A stretch of DNA of 64,000 nt from an uncultured Planctomycetales bacterium (GTDB lineage Bacteria; Omnitrophota; Gorgyraeia; Zapsychrales; Fredricksoniimonadaceae). Location: the NCBI GenBank assembly GCA_964483785.1, contig CAZACW010000004.1:6794-70793 (forward strand). Reading direction: 5' to 3'. Both the position numbers and the translations under genes were made by a program. Below, piece by piece: positions 17,398-27,845 of the stretch (position 1 is its first letter; each line of letters starts with the position of its first letter). A model generated the notes under the pieces. The model saw nothing but the letters and a program-made list of their open reading frames with translations, was not told where the DNA came from and did no database searches.

Positions 17398-18639
17398 CTA
17401 AAAACCAGCGTATATGGGAAACGCGCCGGCCAGCGCCTGCACGTCCTTTTGGACCCTGGCCAGGGCGGCCTCATCCCCCCGGCTGACGACGCAGCGGTCG
17501 ATGCATTCTGCGATCTGCTGCATCTGGGCCTCCTTCATGCCGCGGGTGGTCACGGCCGGCGTGCCGATGCGGACCCCGCTGGCCACCGTCGGCGGCTGCG
17601 GGTCGAAAGGAATGAGGTTTTTGTTGACCGTGATCTGCACGCGGTCAAGCAAAGACGCCGTCTCCTTACCCGTGACGGACTTCGGCCTTAAATCCACCAT
17701 GAACAAATGATTGTCCGTGCCGCCGGAGACGATGCGAAACCCCCTTTGGCTTAAGGCCTGGGCCATGGCCTGGGCATTGGCGATCACCTGTTTTTGGTAT
17801 TGCTTAAACTCAGGCGCCAAGGCCTCCTTGAAGGCCACGGCCTTGGCCGCGATGATATGCATCAAGGGACCACCCTGGATGCCTGGAAAAATGGCGGCGT
17901 CGATTTTCTTGGCGAATTCTTCCCGGCAGATGATCATGCCGCCGCGCGGCCCCCGCAGGGTCTTGTGGGTCGTGGTGGTCACAAAATGGGCGTGGGGCAC
18001 GGGATTAGGATGCAGGCCGGCCGCGACCAGGCCCGCAAAATGGGCCATGTCCACGAATAAATAAGCGCCCACGCCATCTGCGATCTCGCGGAAACGCTTG
18101 AAATCCAGGATGCGCGAATAGGCGGAATACCCGGCCACGATCATCTTAGGTCTATGTTCTCCGGCGAGGCGCTCGACCTCATGCATGTCGATCCTCTCGG
18201 TCTTGGCATCCACCTTGTAGGAAACGAATTGGTAGAGACGCCCGGAAATATTGATTTTAAGGCCATGGGTCAGGTGCCCGCCGCAGGCCAGGTCCAGGCC
18301 CAACACCGTGTCCCCGGGTTTTAACGCCGCAAAATACACGGCGGTATTGGCCTGGGACCCTGAATGCGGCTGCACGTTGATGTGGTCTCCGCCGAAGAGC
18401 TGTTTGGCCCTTTGGATGGCCAGGTTTTCCGCCTCATCGACATATTCACAGCCGTTGTACCAGCGGGCCGCCGGATAACCTTCGGCGTATTTGTTGGTCA
18501 GCACACTGCCGGCCGCTTCCAGCACGGCGGGCGAAACGATGTTTTCCGAGGCGATCAATTCCAGATTGTTCTTCTGGCGCGTCAGTTCATGTTCAACGGC
18601 CTTGGCGATTTCAGGGTCCGTCCCTGTCAGATGCTTCAT
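17398..18639 (-). CDS. glyA: Serine hydroxymethyltransferase.
   Basis: The 413-aa canonical SHMT carries the ...[13 protein letters not shown]... PLP-lysine motif. Confidence 0.95.
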   Translation of the reverse strand: MKHLTGTDPEIAKAVEHELTRQKNNLELIASENIVSPAVLEAAGSVLTNKYAEGYPAARWYNGCEYVDEAENLAIQRAKQLFGGDHINVQPHSGSQANTAVYFAALKPGDTVLGLDLACGGHLTHGLKINISGRLYQFVSYKVDAKTERIDMHEVERLAGEHRPKMIVAGYSAYSRILDFKRFREIADGVGAYLFVDMAHFAGLVAAGLHPNPVPHAHFVTTTTHKTLRGPRGGMIICREEFAKKIDAAIFPGIQGGPLMHIIAAKAVAFKEALAPEFKQYQKQVIANAQAMAQALSQRGFRIVSGGTDNHLFMVDLRPKSVTGKETASLLDRVQITVNKNLIPFDPQPPTVASGVRIGTPAVTTRGMKEAQMQQIAECIDRCVVSRGDEAALARVQKDVQALAGAFPIYAGF

Positions 18640-19091
18640 GATAAAAACTTCCTTTCCATGTCCTGGATCAAGGCCTTGCGGCGCGTGTGGCGCCCGCCTT
18701 CAAAGGCGGTGTTGAGCCAAACCTTGATGATCTTCATCGACTCCGCCTGGGTCGTGTATTTGGTGCCGATGACCAGCACATTGCTGTCATTGTGCTGGCG
18801 GGCGAGCGCGGCCATTTCCTCGTCGCGGACCAGGGCGGCATAGATGCCCGGGACCTTATTGGCCGCGATGGTCTGACCGATGCCGGTCATGCACAAAAGG
18901 ATCCCGCGGCTGTCAGGATGGGCCTTGACTTCACGGCCGACCTTCAGGGCGATCTCGGGATAATCGCAGGCCTCGGTTTCCGAATGGGAACCCAGGTCCA
19001 TGGCCTCATGGCCCATGGCCTTAAGCGCCTCCACAATGGCCTTTTTGTAAGTGACGCCGCGATGGTCTGAGCCCACAAAAACCTTCATCAC
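18636..19091 (-). CDS. rpiB: Ribose-5-phosphate isomerase B.
   Basis: The 151-aa product begins [11 protein letters not shown]...; RpiB/LacAB family. Confidence 0.85.
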   Translation of the reverse strand: MMKVFVGSDHRGVTYKKAIVEALKAMGHEAMDLGSHSETEACDYPEIALKVGREVKAHPDSRGILLCMTGIGQTIAANKVPGIYAALVRDEEMAALARQHNDSNVLVIGTKYTTQAESMKIIKVWLNTAFEGGRHTRRKALIQDMERKFLS

Positions 19092-20155
19092 AGCAGCCTT
19101 TCAATTTTTTCCACGGCTTCCTCGATGGTCAGCATGCATTCCTGGTAGGCGGAATGCGGCTGGCCGATGGGATCAGGCACGTCCAAGTCCGCCTCATACC
19201 CGCGGTGGGTGCTGCCGAATTCTTTCAAGAGATAAAGCCTTTTTTCCACCGACGGGACGCGCTCCAGGATTTGACTGCGGTGCGCGCGGGTCATGGCGAA
19301 AATCAAATCGGATTTCTTGAGCATGATGCCGCCCAAAGGCCTGGACACGTGCGCCGCGGCGTTGATCCCCCGCTCGCGCAGGACGGTCATGGTCTCCTGG
19401 CTTGCCGCGGACTTAAAATAAACGCTGGTGCCGGCCGAATGCACCTCCACATCGTCGCGGCCGATCAATTTGGCCTTAAGCGAATACTCGGCCATCACCG
19501 AGCGGCAGCTGTTGCCCGTGCAGACGAACAGGACGCATTTTTTGCTGATGGTGCGGTCCACGTCCGGCTGGGTGATGACGCCGTCGCGGGTCACCGTGGG
19601 ATGGGTCATGGTGAAATCTAAGATCGTCGAGGAGATCCCGAAATCCACCGGCCCGCCGTCCAGGGCCAGGTCCACGTGGCCGTCCAAATCTTTTAAGGCC
19701 TCCTGGCAATTGGTCGGCGCCTTTTTGCCTTCCAGGTTGGCCGACGGGGCCGCGAGGGAGCAGCCGCTTTCTTCCACCAGGCGAAGCGCCACGGTATGGT
19801 CCGGCATGCGGATGCCGATGGTCTCGCCCTCATGCTTGGCCGGCACGATCACGGTCAAGGGCCCGGGCCAGTACTTGTCGATCACCTTGTACAGGTTCGG
19901 GTGCGTGTAGGTGGAATAATTCTCGATGATCCCCCGCTGGGCGATCAGGATGGAAAAGAGCTTGCCGTCCGTGCGGTGCTTCACCGCGCGCAGGCGGTCC
20001 ATGGCCTTGGGGTTGTTGGAATCCGCCGCGATGCCGTACACCGTCTCCGTCGGAAAAATCACCAGCCCGCCCTGGCGCAGGATGCGGGCGGCTTCGGCGA
20101 TTTTCTCCGGTTCCGGCAAGGCGGAATTGACCTTCAAGACCTTGGTGGCGGCCAT
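19088..20155 (-). CDS. Fusion protein: L-threonylcarbamoyladenylate synthase (TsaC/YrdC/Sua5-like) N-domain plus a low-molecular-weight protein tyrosine/arginine phosphatase C-domain.
   Basis: The N-terminus has the YrdC fold (PTETVYGIAADSNNPKA) and the C-terminus has the LMW-PTP signature CVLFVCTGNSCRSVMAE plus a DP loop. The gene order mirrors Bacillus ywlC-ywlE-ywlF(rpiB)-glyA. Confidence 0.8.
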   Translation of the reverse strand: MAATKVLKVNSALPEPEKIAEAARILRQGGLVIFPTETVYGIAADSNNPKAMDRLRAVKHRTDGKLFSILIAQRGIIENYSTYTHPNLYKVIDKYWPGPLTVIVPAKHEGETIGIRMPDHTVALRLVEESGCSLAAPSANLEGKKAPTNCQEALKDLDGHVDLALDGGPVDFGISSTILDFTMTHPTVTRDGVITQPDVDRTISKKCVLFVCTGNSCRSVMAEYSLKAKLIGRDDVEVHSAGTSVYFKSAASQETMTVLRERGINAAAHVSRPLGGIMLKKSDLIFAMTRAHRSQILERVPSVEKRLYLLKEFGSTHRGYEADLDVPDPIGQPHSAYQECMLTIEEAVEKIERLL

Positions 20156-20176
20156 AATGAAATGAAAGACAGCACC

Positions 20177-21478
20177 CTATTTTTGCTTCTGCGTTTGCCG
20201 GACAAAATGGGGCGTTGTCCCCATTTTGCCCCCGATGTCACGGCGGAAAAACATATGGTCAAATTCAATTTGGCTGACGGCATTATACGCCTTTGTCACC
20301 GCGGCTTCAAGGTTTCTGCCTAAGGCGGTCACGCCCAGCACCCGTCCGCCGCTGGTGACCAAACGGCCGCCGTCGTTTTTGGTGCCGGCATGAAACACCA
20401 CCGTGTCTTCATCCTTGATCCGGTCCAGGCCCTGGAGGGCAAAGCCGCTTTTGTACGGGCCCGGATAGCCGCCGGAGGCGATCACGACGCAGGCGCAGGG
20501 CCGCTCGTCCCATTGGGCCTTGACTTCGTGCAGGCGGCCGTCGCAGGCGGCCTGCACAATGTCCACGATATCCGTGTGCAGGCGCGGCAGAATGCACTGG
20601 GTCTCGGGATCGCCGAAGCGCACGTTGAATTCCAGGGCCTTGGGGCCGTCCAAGGTCAGCATCAGGCCGGCGAACAAAACGCCCTTAAAAGGGTTTCCCT
20701 CCTGGTACATGCCGCGCACCGCCGGCTCGATGATGCGGGCGATGATCTGGTTTAAAATCTCGGGATTGACCTTGGGATTCGGGGAAAAAGCGCCCATGCC
20801 GCCGGTGTTGGGGCCGATATCATCGTCAAAAATCCGCTTATGGTCCTGGGCCGTGGGCAGGACGAGAAAATGCCTGCCGTCGCAGACCGCGAGCACCGAG
20901 GCTTCCGGGCCTTGAAGGCATTCCTCGATGACGATCTTGTCTCCTGCCGCACCGAAGAGCTTTTTGACCATGATATCCTCGACCGCGGTCTTGGCCGCCT
21001 TCAGGTCCGGGCAGACATACACGCCCTTGCCCGCGGCAATGCCGTCGGCCTTGACCACCAGGGGAAACTGCGCCTTTTCCACAAAGGCCAGGGCGGGTTC
21101 AGCCAGGTCAAAAATCTTATAGACGGCCGTGGGGATATTGCGGCGGTGCATGAATTCTTTCGCAAAGACCTTGCTGCCTTCCAGCCTGGCCGCGGCCTGA
21201 TTAGGCCCGAATATTTTCAGGCCTTTGGCCGTGAACGCATCCACCATCCCGGCCACCAGCGAGGCTTCAGGGCCGACGATGGTCAGGTCGATTTTCTTCT
21301 GAAGGGCATACTGCAAAAGCAAGGGCACATCATCCACAGCGATGTCCGCGCATTCCGCGATCTGGGCGATGCCGCCGTTGCCCGGCGCGCAAAAGAGGCG
21401 CTTGACCTTGGGCGATTGCTTGATTTTCCAGCACAGGGCATGTTCCCTGCCCCCGGCACCGATGACTAAGACATTCAT
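20177..21478 (-). CDS. purD: Phosphoribosylamine--glycine ligase.
   Basis: The 433-aa ATP-grasp GARS protein begins MNVLVIGAGGREHAL. Confidence 0.95.
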   Translation of the reverse strand: MNVLVIGAGGREHALCWKIKQSPKVKRLFCAPGNGGIAQIAECADIAVDDVPLLLQYALQKKIDLTIVGPEASLVAGMVDAFTAKGLKIFGPNQAAARLEGSKVFAKEFMHRRNIPTAVYKIFDLAEPALAFVEKAQFPLVVKADGIAAGKGVYVCPDLKAAKTAVEDIMVKKLFGAAGDKIVIEECLQGPEASVLAVCDGRHFLVLPTAQDHKRIFDDDIGPNTGGMGAFSPNPKVNPEILNQIIARIIEPAVRGMYQEGNPFKGVLFAGLMLTLDGPKALEFNVRFGDPETQCILPRLHTDIVDIVQAACDGRLHEVKAQWDERPCACVVIASGGYPGPYKSGFALQGLDRIKDEDTVVFHAGTKNDGGRLVTSGGRVLGVTALGRNLEAAVTKAYNAVSQIEFDHMFFRRDIGGKMGTTPHFVRQTQKQK

Positions 21479-22479
21479 GTAAAGATAACCTTGTGTTGGG
21501 AATCCTGGATGACCCGGCCTATGACAAAGGACTCTGTTTTTTGAGACCGTAAAAAGGCCTGGACAGCGACGACATCATCAGGGGCCGCGACCAGGGCAAA
21601 GCCGATGCCCATATTGAAGGTGCGGTACATATCATGGTCCGGCACACGGCCTTTGTCCTGAATGAGCTCAAAAATCCGCGGCACGGGCCAGCTTCCCTGC
21701 GTGACCGCAAAACAAAGGCCCTTGGGCAGGACCTTGGTCAATTTTTCGTACCAGGCCCCGCCGGTCATATGCGCCATGCCCTTGACCCTGATCCGCTCGA
21801 GCAGGGCCAGCACCGGCTTGACATAGATGCAGGTGGGTTTTAATAAAATCTGCGCGTAGCGTTTCTGTTCCTCCTTAGTCAGCGCCTTGCGGACCAGGGA
21901 AAATCCGTTGGCATGCAGGCCCGAAGAAGGCAGGCCGATCAACACATCACCGGCTTTGATCCCGGACCCGTCTATGATCCCCTTGGCCTCGACCACACCG
22001 ACGGTGAATCCGGCCAAATCATAATCCTCGCCCTTGTACATGTCCGGCATTTCCGCGGTCTCACCGCCGATCAGGGCACAGCCGGCCAAGCGGCAGCCGG
22101 CCACCATGCCTTTCATCACGTCCTTCATGGTCTTGGGATTGAGTTTGCCCGTGGCGATATAATCCAAAAAAAACAGCGGCTTAGCACCCGTGCAAAGCAC
22201 ATCATTGACGTTCATGGCCACCAGGTCAATGCCCACCGTGTCATGCTTATTGGCCAAATGGGCGATCAATAATTTGGTGCCAACTCCGTCGGTGGAAGAA
22301 ACCAGAACCGGGTCCTTGTACTTTAAGAATCCCGGATCAAAGAGGGCGCCGAAGGAGCCGGGCCGGCGGAGAACCCCGCGGCCCTTGGTCGGGGCTGACA
22401 TCTGCTGGATGGCCTCCACAAAGCGGTTGGCCTTGGCAATGTCTACACCTGCTTTTTTATAGGTCAAGGATCGGGTCAT
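21475..22479 (-). CDS. purM: Phosphoribosylformylglycinamidine cyclo-ligase.
   Basis: The 334-aa product has AIRS N/C domains. Its start overlaps purD by 4 nt. Confidence 0.9.
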   Translation of the reverse strand: MTRSLTYKKAGVDIAKANRFVEAIQQMSAPTKGRGVLRRPGSFGALFDPGFLKYKDPVLVSSTDGVGTKLLIAHLANKHDTVGIDLVAMNVNDVLCTGAKPLFFLDYIATGKLNPKTMKDVMKGMVAGCRLAGCALIGGETAEMPDMYKGEDYDLAGFTVGVVEAKGIIDGSGIKAGDVLIGLPSSGLHANGFSLVRKALTKEEQKRYAQILLKPTCIYVKPVLALLERIRVKGMAHMTGGAWYEKLTKVLPKGLCFAVTQGSWPVPRIFELIQDKGRVPDHDMYRTFNMGIGFALVAAPDDVVAVQAFLRSQKTESFVIGRVIQDSQHKVIFT

Positions 22480-22529
22480 ATCATTGAGTCAACCGTCTGC
22501 TTGCATTCGCAATCACAGCGAATACTCGT

Positions 22530-22612
22530 GAATGTTTGGCAGACCGTCGGGCCCCACCACAACCTCCGGGGTTGTGATGGTTAACCATCACAACCCCGGA
22601 GGTTGTGGTGGG
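22530..22612. repeat. REP-like element made of two inverted palindromic units plus the 5' flank tgtttggcagaccgtcgg.
   Basis: The sequence ccaccacaacctccggggttgtgatggt-taacc-atcacaaccccggaggttgtggtgg lies between purM and purQ. Confidence 0.85.
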
Positions 22613-22636
22613 GCCCTATGGATCGCTAAACATCAT

Positions 22637-23425
22637 TTACAAATGCTCTTTCACATAATCTATGCCGTTGGCGAAAATCCGGGCGCCCTCCCCGAGCTTT
22701 TCCCGTTTGGCCAGGCGGGTCCAGTACGGGTGCTGTTCAAAAAGAAAATGCCTTTCCGGGTGCGGCATCAGGCCCAGGACGCGTCCGGTCGTATCGCAGA
22801 TGCCGGCGATGTCCTGCGTCGAGCCGTTGGGATTTTCCGGATAGACCGGCACAGCTCCCTGCGCCGTGCAATAGCGCAAAACGATTTGCTGATTGGCTTT
22901 CAGGGCCTTCATGACCTCGGGGTCCCGCGGGATGAATTTGCCCTCGCCGTGGGCCACCGGCAGATAGATCAATCCTGTCATGCCCTTGGTCCATACGCAG
23001 CGGCCCTCCACCTTCATATGCACCCAGCGGGCCTCGAATTTCCCGGAATCATTATAAAATAAAGTCGCTTCCTGTCCAATGTTCAAACCCAAACCCGGCA
23101 AAATGCCGGCCTTGACTAAGATTTGAAAGCCGTTGCAGATGCCGATGATCAATTTGCCGTCCTTGATGAACTGCCGGATATCCTGGGCCAGTTTCAGGCG
23201 CAATTCATTGGCCAGGATGCGGCCCGAGGCGATATCATCGCCGTAGCTAAAACCGCCGGGCAAGGCCAGGACATGGAAATCAGCAAGCTTGGGCGCGCCG
23301 GACAACAAGGCCTTGATATGCACCTGTTCGACCTCAGCCCCCAAACTGCGGAAGGCAAAGGCCGTCTCCTCGTTGCAATTGGTCCCGGCGGTGCGGACCA
23401 CGATGACTTTTACATGTTTAGGCAT
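22637..23425 (-). CDS. purQ: Phosphoribosylformylglycinamidine synthase I (glutaminase subunit).
   Basis: The product has a class I glutamine amidotransferase fold (GICNGFQIL...). The start is set at ATG 23425 (MPKHVKVIVV...). Confidence 0.85.
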   Translation of the reverse strand: MPKHVKVIVVRTAGTNCNEETAFAFRSLGAEVEQVHIKALLSGAPKLADFHVLALPGGFSYGDDIASGRILANELRLKLAQDIRQFIKDGKLIIGICNGFQILVKAGILPGLGLNIGQEATLFYNDSGKFEARWVHMKVEGRCVWTKGMTGLIYLPVAHGEGKFIPRDPEVMKALKANQQIVLRYCTAQGAVPVYPENPNGSTQDIAGICDTTGRVLGLMPHPERHFLFEQHPYWTRLAKREKLGEGARIFANGIDYVKEHL

Positions 23426-23445
23426 AAAATAAATGACGTCCGTTT

Positions 23446-23512
23446 GACATAACCTCCACAACCCCGGGGGTTGTGATGGTTACCATCGCAACCCCGGGGG
23501 TTGCGGAGGTCC
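23446..23512. repeat. REP-like element made of two palindromic units.
   Basis: The sequence cctccacaaccccgggggttgtgatggttaccatcgcaaccccgggggttgcggagg lies between purQ and the LOG gene. Confidence 0.85.
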
Positions 23513-23514
23513 AA

Positions 23515-24183
23515 TTATTTTCTTTTCGCATAAAAGGCCTTGATGAGCCTGACCACATCCTCCGGCTTGTCGACCACCCGGATGATGTCCAGGTCCTTCA
23601 AATCGATACAGCCCTCGTGGAGCATGGGGCCTTTGAACCAATCCAGGAGGCCTTTCCAATATTTGCTCCCGTAAAGGATCACCGGAAATTTGTCCATGCG
23701 CTCGGTCTGGATCAAGGTGATGCTTTCCGACAGTTCATCCAGGGTGCCGTAGCCGCCGGGAAAAATCACAAAGGCCTTGGCGTATTTGACAAAGCAGACC
23801 TTGCGGCAGAAAAAATAATGGAAATTGACTAAGTGATTGATGTAATTGTTGGGCTTTTGCTCAAAAGGCAGGTCGATGTTCAGCCCAATGGAATGCCCGC
23901 CGGCCTTGGCCGCCCCTTTGTTGCCCGCTTCCATGATGCTGGGGCCGCCGCCGGTGATCACCGCATAGCCTGCCTTGACCAGCAGTTCCGCCGTCCTTTG
24001 CGCCGCGTCATAGTAGGAATGCAGGGTGTGGATGCGCGACGACCGGAAGTTGCTTACCGCCGGGCCGCATTCTTTTGGTTCTTGCAAACCGTCGACAAAT
24101 ACCGCCATGATGCGGAAAATGAGCCAGGGGTCTTCCATCATTTCCAGATCAGGTACTTGGGGGTGTTTTTTGATTTTGGCCAT
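23515..24183 (-). CDS. LOG family protein (TIGR00730; cytokinin riboside 5'-monophosphate phosphoribohydrolase / PpnN-like nucleotide nucleosidase).
   Basis: The 222-aa product has the GGGPSIMEAGNKGA and PGGYGTLDEL signatures. Confidence 0.8.
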   Translation of the reverse strand: MAKIKKHPQVPDLEMMEDPWLIFRIMAVFVDGLQEPKECGPAVSNFRSSRIHTLHSYYDAAQRTAELLVKAGYAVITGGGPSIMEAGNKGAAKAGGHSIGLNIDLPFEQKPNNYINHLVNFHYFFCRKVCFVKYAKAFVIFPGGYGTLDELSESITLIQTERMDKFPVILYGSKYWKGLLDWFKGPMLHEGCIDLKDLDIIRVVDKPEDVVRLIKAFYAKRK

Positions 24184-24196
24184 GGTTTTTCCTTTT

Positions 24197-27088
24197 TTAT
24201 CGTAAGGGTGCTTTCCAGATTTCCTTCAAGGCATCGATGCGGGCATGCACGATCGGCCTCTCTTTTAATCCGTAAATCAAAAATTCAGGGCTCTCTTCCA
24301 CCCTGCCGATCTTGGCCAAGGCAAGGCCTTTGAATAATTTGGCCAGAGCTTTTTCATGCTCCGGGGGCGCTTCCGCGATGAAGCGCGTATTGCTTTCCGA
24401 AAAAAGCAGGACATCTTCCCGGCGCGCGCTTCCCTTATAGGGAAGATTCTTTAACAATACAGTGGCGCCAAGCCCGCCGGCCATGGCCATTTCAGCCAGG
24501 GCCACGCCTGCGCCCCCTTCGGAGCAATCATGCAGGGAAGAGAACAGGCCTGCCTGATTGGCCTTGGCCGCGGCCCGGTAGATTTTGACCGCGGTTTTAA
24601 AATTGACGCGTGGCACCTGCCGGCCCAATTGCCCTGCATTTTCAAGATAGATGGAACCGCCCAATTCATCAGCGGTTGTCCCGATCATGTAAATACTGTT
24701 GCCGGCTTTTTTAAAATCCATGGTCACACAGCGGCGGACATCCTCGATAATGCCGATGGATGAAATCAAAATGGTCCCGGGGATGGCCAGGCTCCTGCCT
24801 TTTTGGGTGTATTCATTGTACAAACTGTCCTTGCCGGAGATAAAGGGCGTGCCAAAAGCCAAAGCAGCCTGATAACATCCCTTGGCACAACGCACGAGAG
24901 CACCCAGCCTGTCCGGCTTGTCCGGGTTGCCCCAGCAGAAATTATCCAAAAGGGCGATGCGCTCCAGGTCCCCGCCCACGGCGATGATCTGGCGGATGGC
25001 CTCATCTATGCAGGATGCGGCCATCCAGAACGGGTCCAGTTTGCCGAAGCGGGGATTGATGCCGTTGGCCACTGCAATGCCGCGCACGGAATCAAGCCTT
25101 CCCCGGATCACCGCCGCGTCCGACGGGCCGTCAGCCGCAGGCCCTACCAAGGGCTTGATCACGCTGGCACCCTGCACTTCATGATCATAAACGCGGATCA
25201 CGCTTTCCTTAGAGGCCACATTATAATGGCTTAAAGCCGCGCAGAGTTCTTGAGTCAGGTCCGGCGTGAGGCGGGGCTTTTTTTCCTTCCTTAAAACCGG
25301 CGGATGGTACACCGCTTCCTTGGTGATTTTGGGCAGGCCGTCATGGATAAAGTCCATGTCCAGATCCGCCACCTGCTGGCCGTGGAAAAACAACTGCAGG
25401 CGGCCGGAGCCGTCAAATTCGCCCAGAACCGCGGCTTCCACGTTTTCATCGGCGAAAACCTGCTTCAGGGCGTCGATCTTGGCCGGCGGTACGGAAAGTA
25501 CCATGCGCTCCTGCGCTTCGGAAATCCATATTTCATGATATTTGAGCCCCTGGTATTTCAAAGGCGCCTTGTCAAGATCAACGCGGGCGCCGGTCTGGGC
25601 GCCCATTTCCCCGACGGCCGATGAAAATCCGCCGGCCCCGCAATCCGTGATGGCGGAATACAGGCCGGCCTCCCTGGCCCGCAAAAGCGCGTCCAAAACT
25701 TTTTTTTCCTCGATGGGATTGCCGATCTGCACCGCGCCCGAGGAAACGGTCTGGGAGGCGCCGGTCAATTCGCCCGATGAAAAGGTGGCGCCGTGAATGC
25801 CGTCCCTGCCGGTGCGGCCGCCCACAGCCACGATCAAATCGCCCTTGTGGACGCGTTTGTTTTCCTTGCCCTTAGGGATAAGGCCGATATTGCCGCAAAA
25901 CACCAGGGGATTGCCCGCGAACTGCTCATCAAAGACAATGGCCCCATTCACCGTCGGGATCCCCATTTTATTGCCGTAATCGCGCACGCCTGCAACCACC
26001 CCCTTCATCACCCGCTTAGGATGCAGGGCACCGGCCGGCAGGCGGGCCAGGGGCATGTCAGGAGGGCCGAAGCAAAACACGTCGGTGCTGCACAAGGGCC
26101 TGGCCGCAAGCCCGGTGCCTAAGGTATCGCGGATCACGCCCCCTACACCGGTATTGGCCCCGCCAAACGGCTCCAGGGCCGAGGGATGATTATGGGTCTC
26201 GACTTTAAAGCAGACATGAAAATCCTCATCAAAGGCAATGACCCCGGCATTGTCGTGAAAAACCGAAATGCACCATTTTTTCTTTAATTTGAGCGTCGGC
26301 ACCGCGATATAGGTCTTGAAAAGACTGCGGATGGTCTCAGTTTTTGGGCTTCTGCCTTCGCGGTAACGGATCAGGCCGCGAAAGGTCTTATGGCGGCAAT
26401 GCTCGCTCCAGGTCTGGGCAATGGTCTCGAGTTCAACATCCGTCGGGTTGCGCCGTTCCTTTTGAAAATAGGCCTGGATCTGGCGCATCTCGGCCAAATT
26501 CAAATACAACTGGCCTTGCCGGGATATTGCGGCGAGCTTTTTGTCCGTGGCGTTTTGCAGATCCACGATGTTCACGTCAAAGGTCGAGGCGGAAGTGCCG
26601 GCCACCGACAGCATCGAGGGGACATGGGCAAAGTCAGGGACCTTGTGCTGGATGAGCTTGTTCATCAGCACGCGGTCCGTGATCATGGCCAATTGTTTGG
26701 GGTTGAGGCGGCCGAAGAGATGGTATTGCTTGGCCGTGCGCACGGCGCTGATGCCCGCGATGCCAAGGTCCTTTATCCCTTTCAGAGTCGAGGCCTCGAC
26801 CGGGTCCATGACGCCGGGATTATAGGCGATTTCAACAATATGGTGACGGGCATCCTTAGGCGCAAGTTTAAGATCAAAGCTGTATGCTTCGACCAAAGGA
26901 TCGGTGAGCAATTCGTCGCAGATGCGCTTAAGCTCCGCGCTGCTGGCGCGGCCTTCTAAAAGGAAGACCGAGACCACCTGCACCTGGGAAAGCTCGCCCA
27001 GCTTCAATTCCTGTATGTCCCGGGCCACCGCGGTGCCAACAGGGTCAAGGACCCCGTCTTTGTGTTTGACTTCAACGCGCCAAATCAT
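24197..27088 (-). CDS. purL: Phosphoribosylformylglycinamidine synthase II (PurL) with an N-terminal PurS-like domain, i.e. a PurS-PurL fusion.
   Basis: The ~960-aa product begins MIWRVEVKHKDGVLDPVGTAVARDIQEL, which is PurS-like, and continues with PurL AIRS-type domains. The start is set at ATG 27088, overlapping purC by 17 nt. Confidence 0.8.
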   Translation of the reverse strand: MIWRVEVKHKDGVLDPVGTAVARDIQELKLGELSQVQVVSVFLLEGRASSAELKRICDELLTDPLVEAYSFDLKLAPKDARHHIVEIAYNPGVMDPVEASTLKGIKDLGIAGISAVRTAKQYHLFGRLNPKQLAMITDRVLMNKLIQHKVPDFAHVPSMLSVAGTSASTFDVNIVDLQNATDKKLAAISRQGQLYLNLAEMRQIQAYFQKERRNPTDVELETIAQTWSEHCRHKTFRGLIRYREGRSPKTETIRSLFKTYIAVPTLKLKKKWCISVFHDNAGVIAFDEDFHVCFKVETHNHPSALEPFGGANTGVGGVIRDTLGTGLAARPLCSTDVFCFGPPDMPLARLPAGALHPKRVMKGVVAGVRDYGNKMGIPTVNGAIVFDEQFAGNPLVFCGNIGLIPKGKENKRVHKGDLIVAVGGRTGRDGIHGATFSSGELTGASQTVSSGAVQIGNPIEEKKVLDALLRAREAGLYSAITDCGAGGFSSAVGEMGAQTGARVDLDKAPLKYQGLKYHEIWISEAQERMVLSVPPAKIDALKQVFADENVEAAVLGEFDGSGRLQLFFHGQQVADLDMDFIHDGLPKITKEAVYHPPVLRKEKKPRLTPDLTQELCAALSHYNVASKESVIRVYDHEVQGASVIKPLVGPAADGPSDAAVIRGRLDSVRGIAVANGINPRFGKLDPFWMAASCIDEAIRQIIAVGGDLERIALLDNFCWGNPDKPDRLGALVRCAKGCYQAALAFGTPFISGKDSLYNEYTQKGRSLAIPGTILISSIGIIEDVRRCVTMDFKKAGNSIYMIGTTADELGGSIYLENAGQLGRQVPRVNFKTAVKIYRAAAKANQAGLFSSLHDCSEGGAGVALAEMAMAGGLGATVLLKNLPYKGSARREDVLLFSESNTRFIAEAPPEHEKALAKLFKGLALAKIGRVEESPEFLIYGLKERPIVHARIDALKEIWKAPLR

Positions 27089-27788
27089 GCGTAACCCTGC
27101 GCAACACTTCCTGATAGGCCCCTTCGACATCGCCCAGGTCCCGGCGGAAACGGTCCTTGTCCAGCTTATTGCCGGTGCCGATTTCCCACAGGCGGCAGGT
27201 GTCGGGAGAAATTTCGTCAGCCAAAATGATGCGGTCCTTGATGCGTCCGAATTCCAGCTTGAAATCTATGAGCTCGATGTTCAAATTCAAAAAATATTTC
27301 TTCAAGACCTCGTTGATCTTAAAGGCCAAAGAGGTGATCCGGCGCACCTCCTCATCCGCCGCGAAATTCAAGGCGCGGATATGGTATTCATTGACCTGCG
27401 GGTCGCCCAGGGCGTCGTTCTTGTAGCAGAATTCCAGCGTCGGGCAGGCCAGGTTGGCCCCTTCGGCCAGGCCCAGCAGACGGCACAGGGAGCCGGCGGC
27501 GCGGTTGCGCACGATGGTCTCCAGGGGCACGATCTCAACGCGCTTGATGAGCATTTCGCGGTCGCTGAGCCACTGCACAAAATGCGACTCGATGCCCTTG
27601 GCTTTCAAATGCTCGAAGATCTTGGCGGCGATGAGATTGTTCATGATGCCCTTTTGCGCGATGGTGCCGCGCTTCTGGGCATTAAATGCGGTGGCATCGT
27701 CCTTGAAATACTGGATCAACAGGCCGGGGTCCTCGGTGGTGTAAAGGATCTTGGCCTTGCCTTCGTAAATTTTTTCCAATTTCTGCAT
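27072..27788 (-). CDS. purC: Phosphoribosylaminoimidazole-succinocarboxamide synthase.
   Basis: The 238-aa product begins MQKLEKIYEGKAKILYTTEDP..., the SAICAR synthetase signature. Confidence 0.95.
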   Translation of the reverse strand: MQKLEKIYEGKAKILYTTEDPGLLIQYFKDDATAFNAQKRGTIAQKGIMNNLIAAKIFEHLKAKGIESHFVQWLSDREMLIKRVEIVPLETIVRNRAAGSLCRLLGLAEGANLACPTLEFCYKNDALGDPQVNEYHIRALNFAADEEVRRITSLAFKINEVLKKYFLNLNIELIDFKLEFGRIKDRIILADEISPDTCRLWEIGTGNKLDKDRFRRDLGDVEGAYQEVLRRVTHDLAR

Positions 27789-27845
27789 AAATTCAGACCA
27801 CCGGACCCTGCCCCGCCTGCCCTGCCGCGCCCTCTCGAGGCTGTG

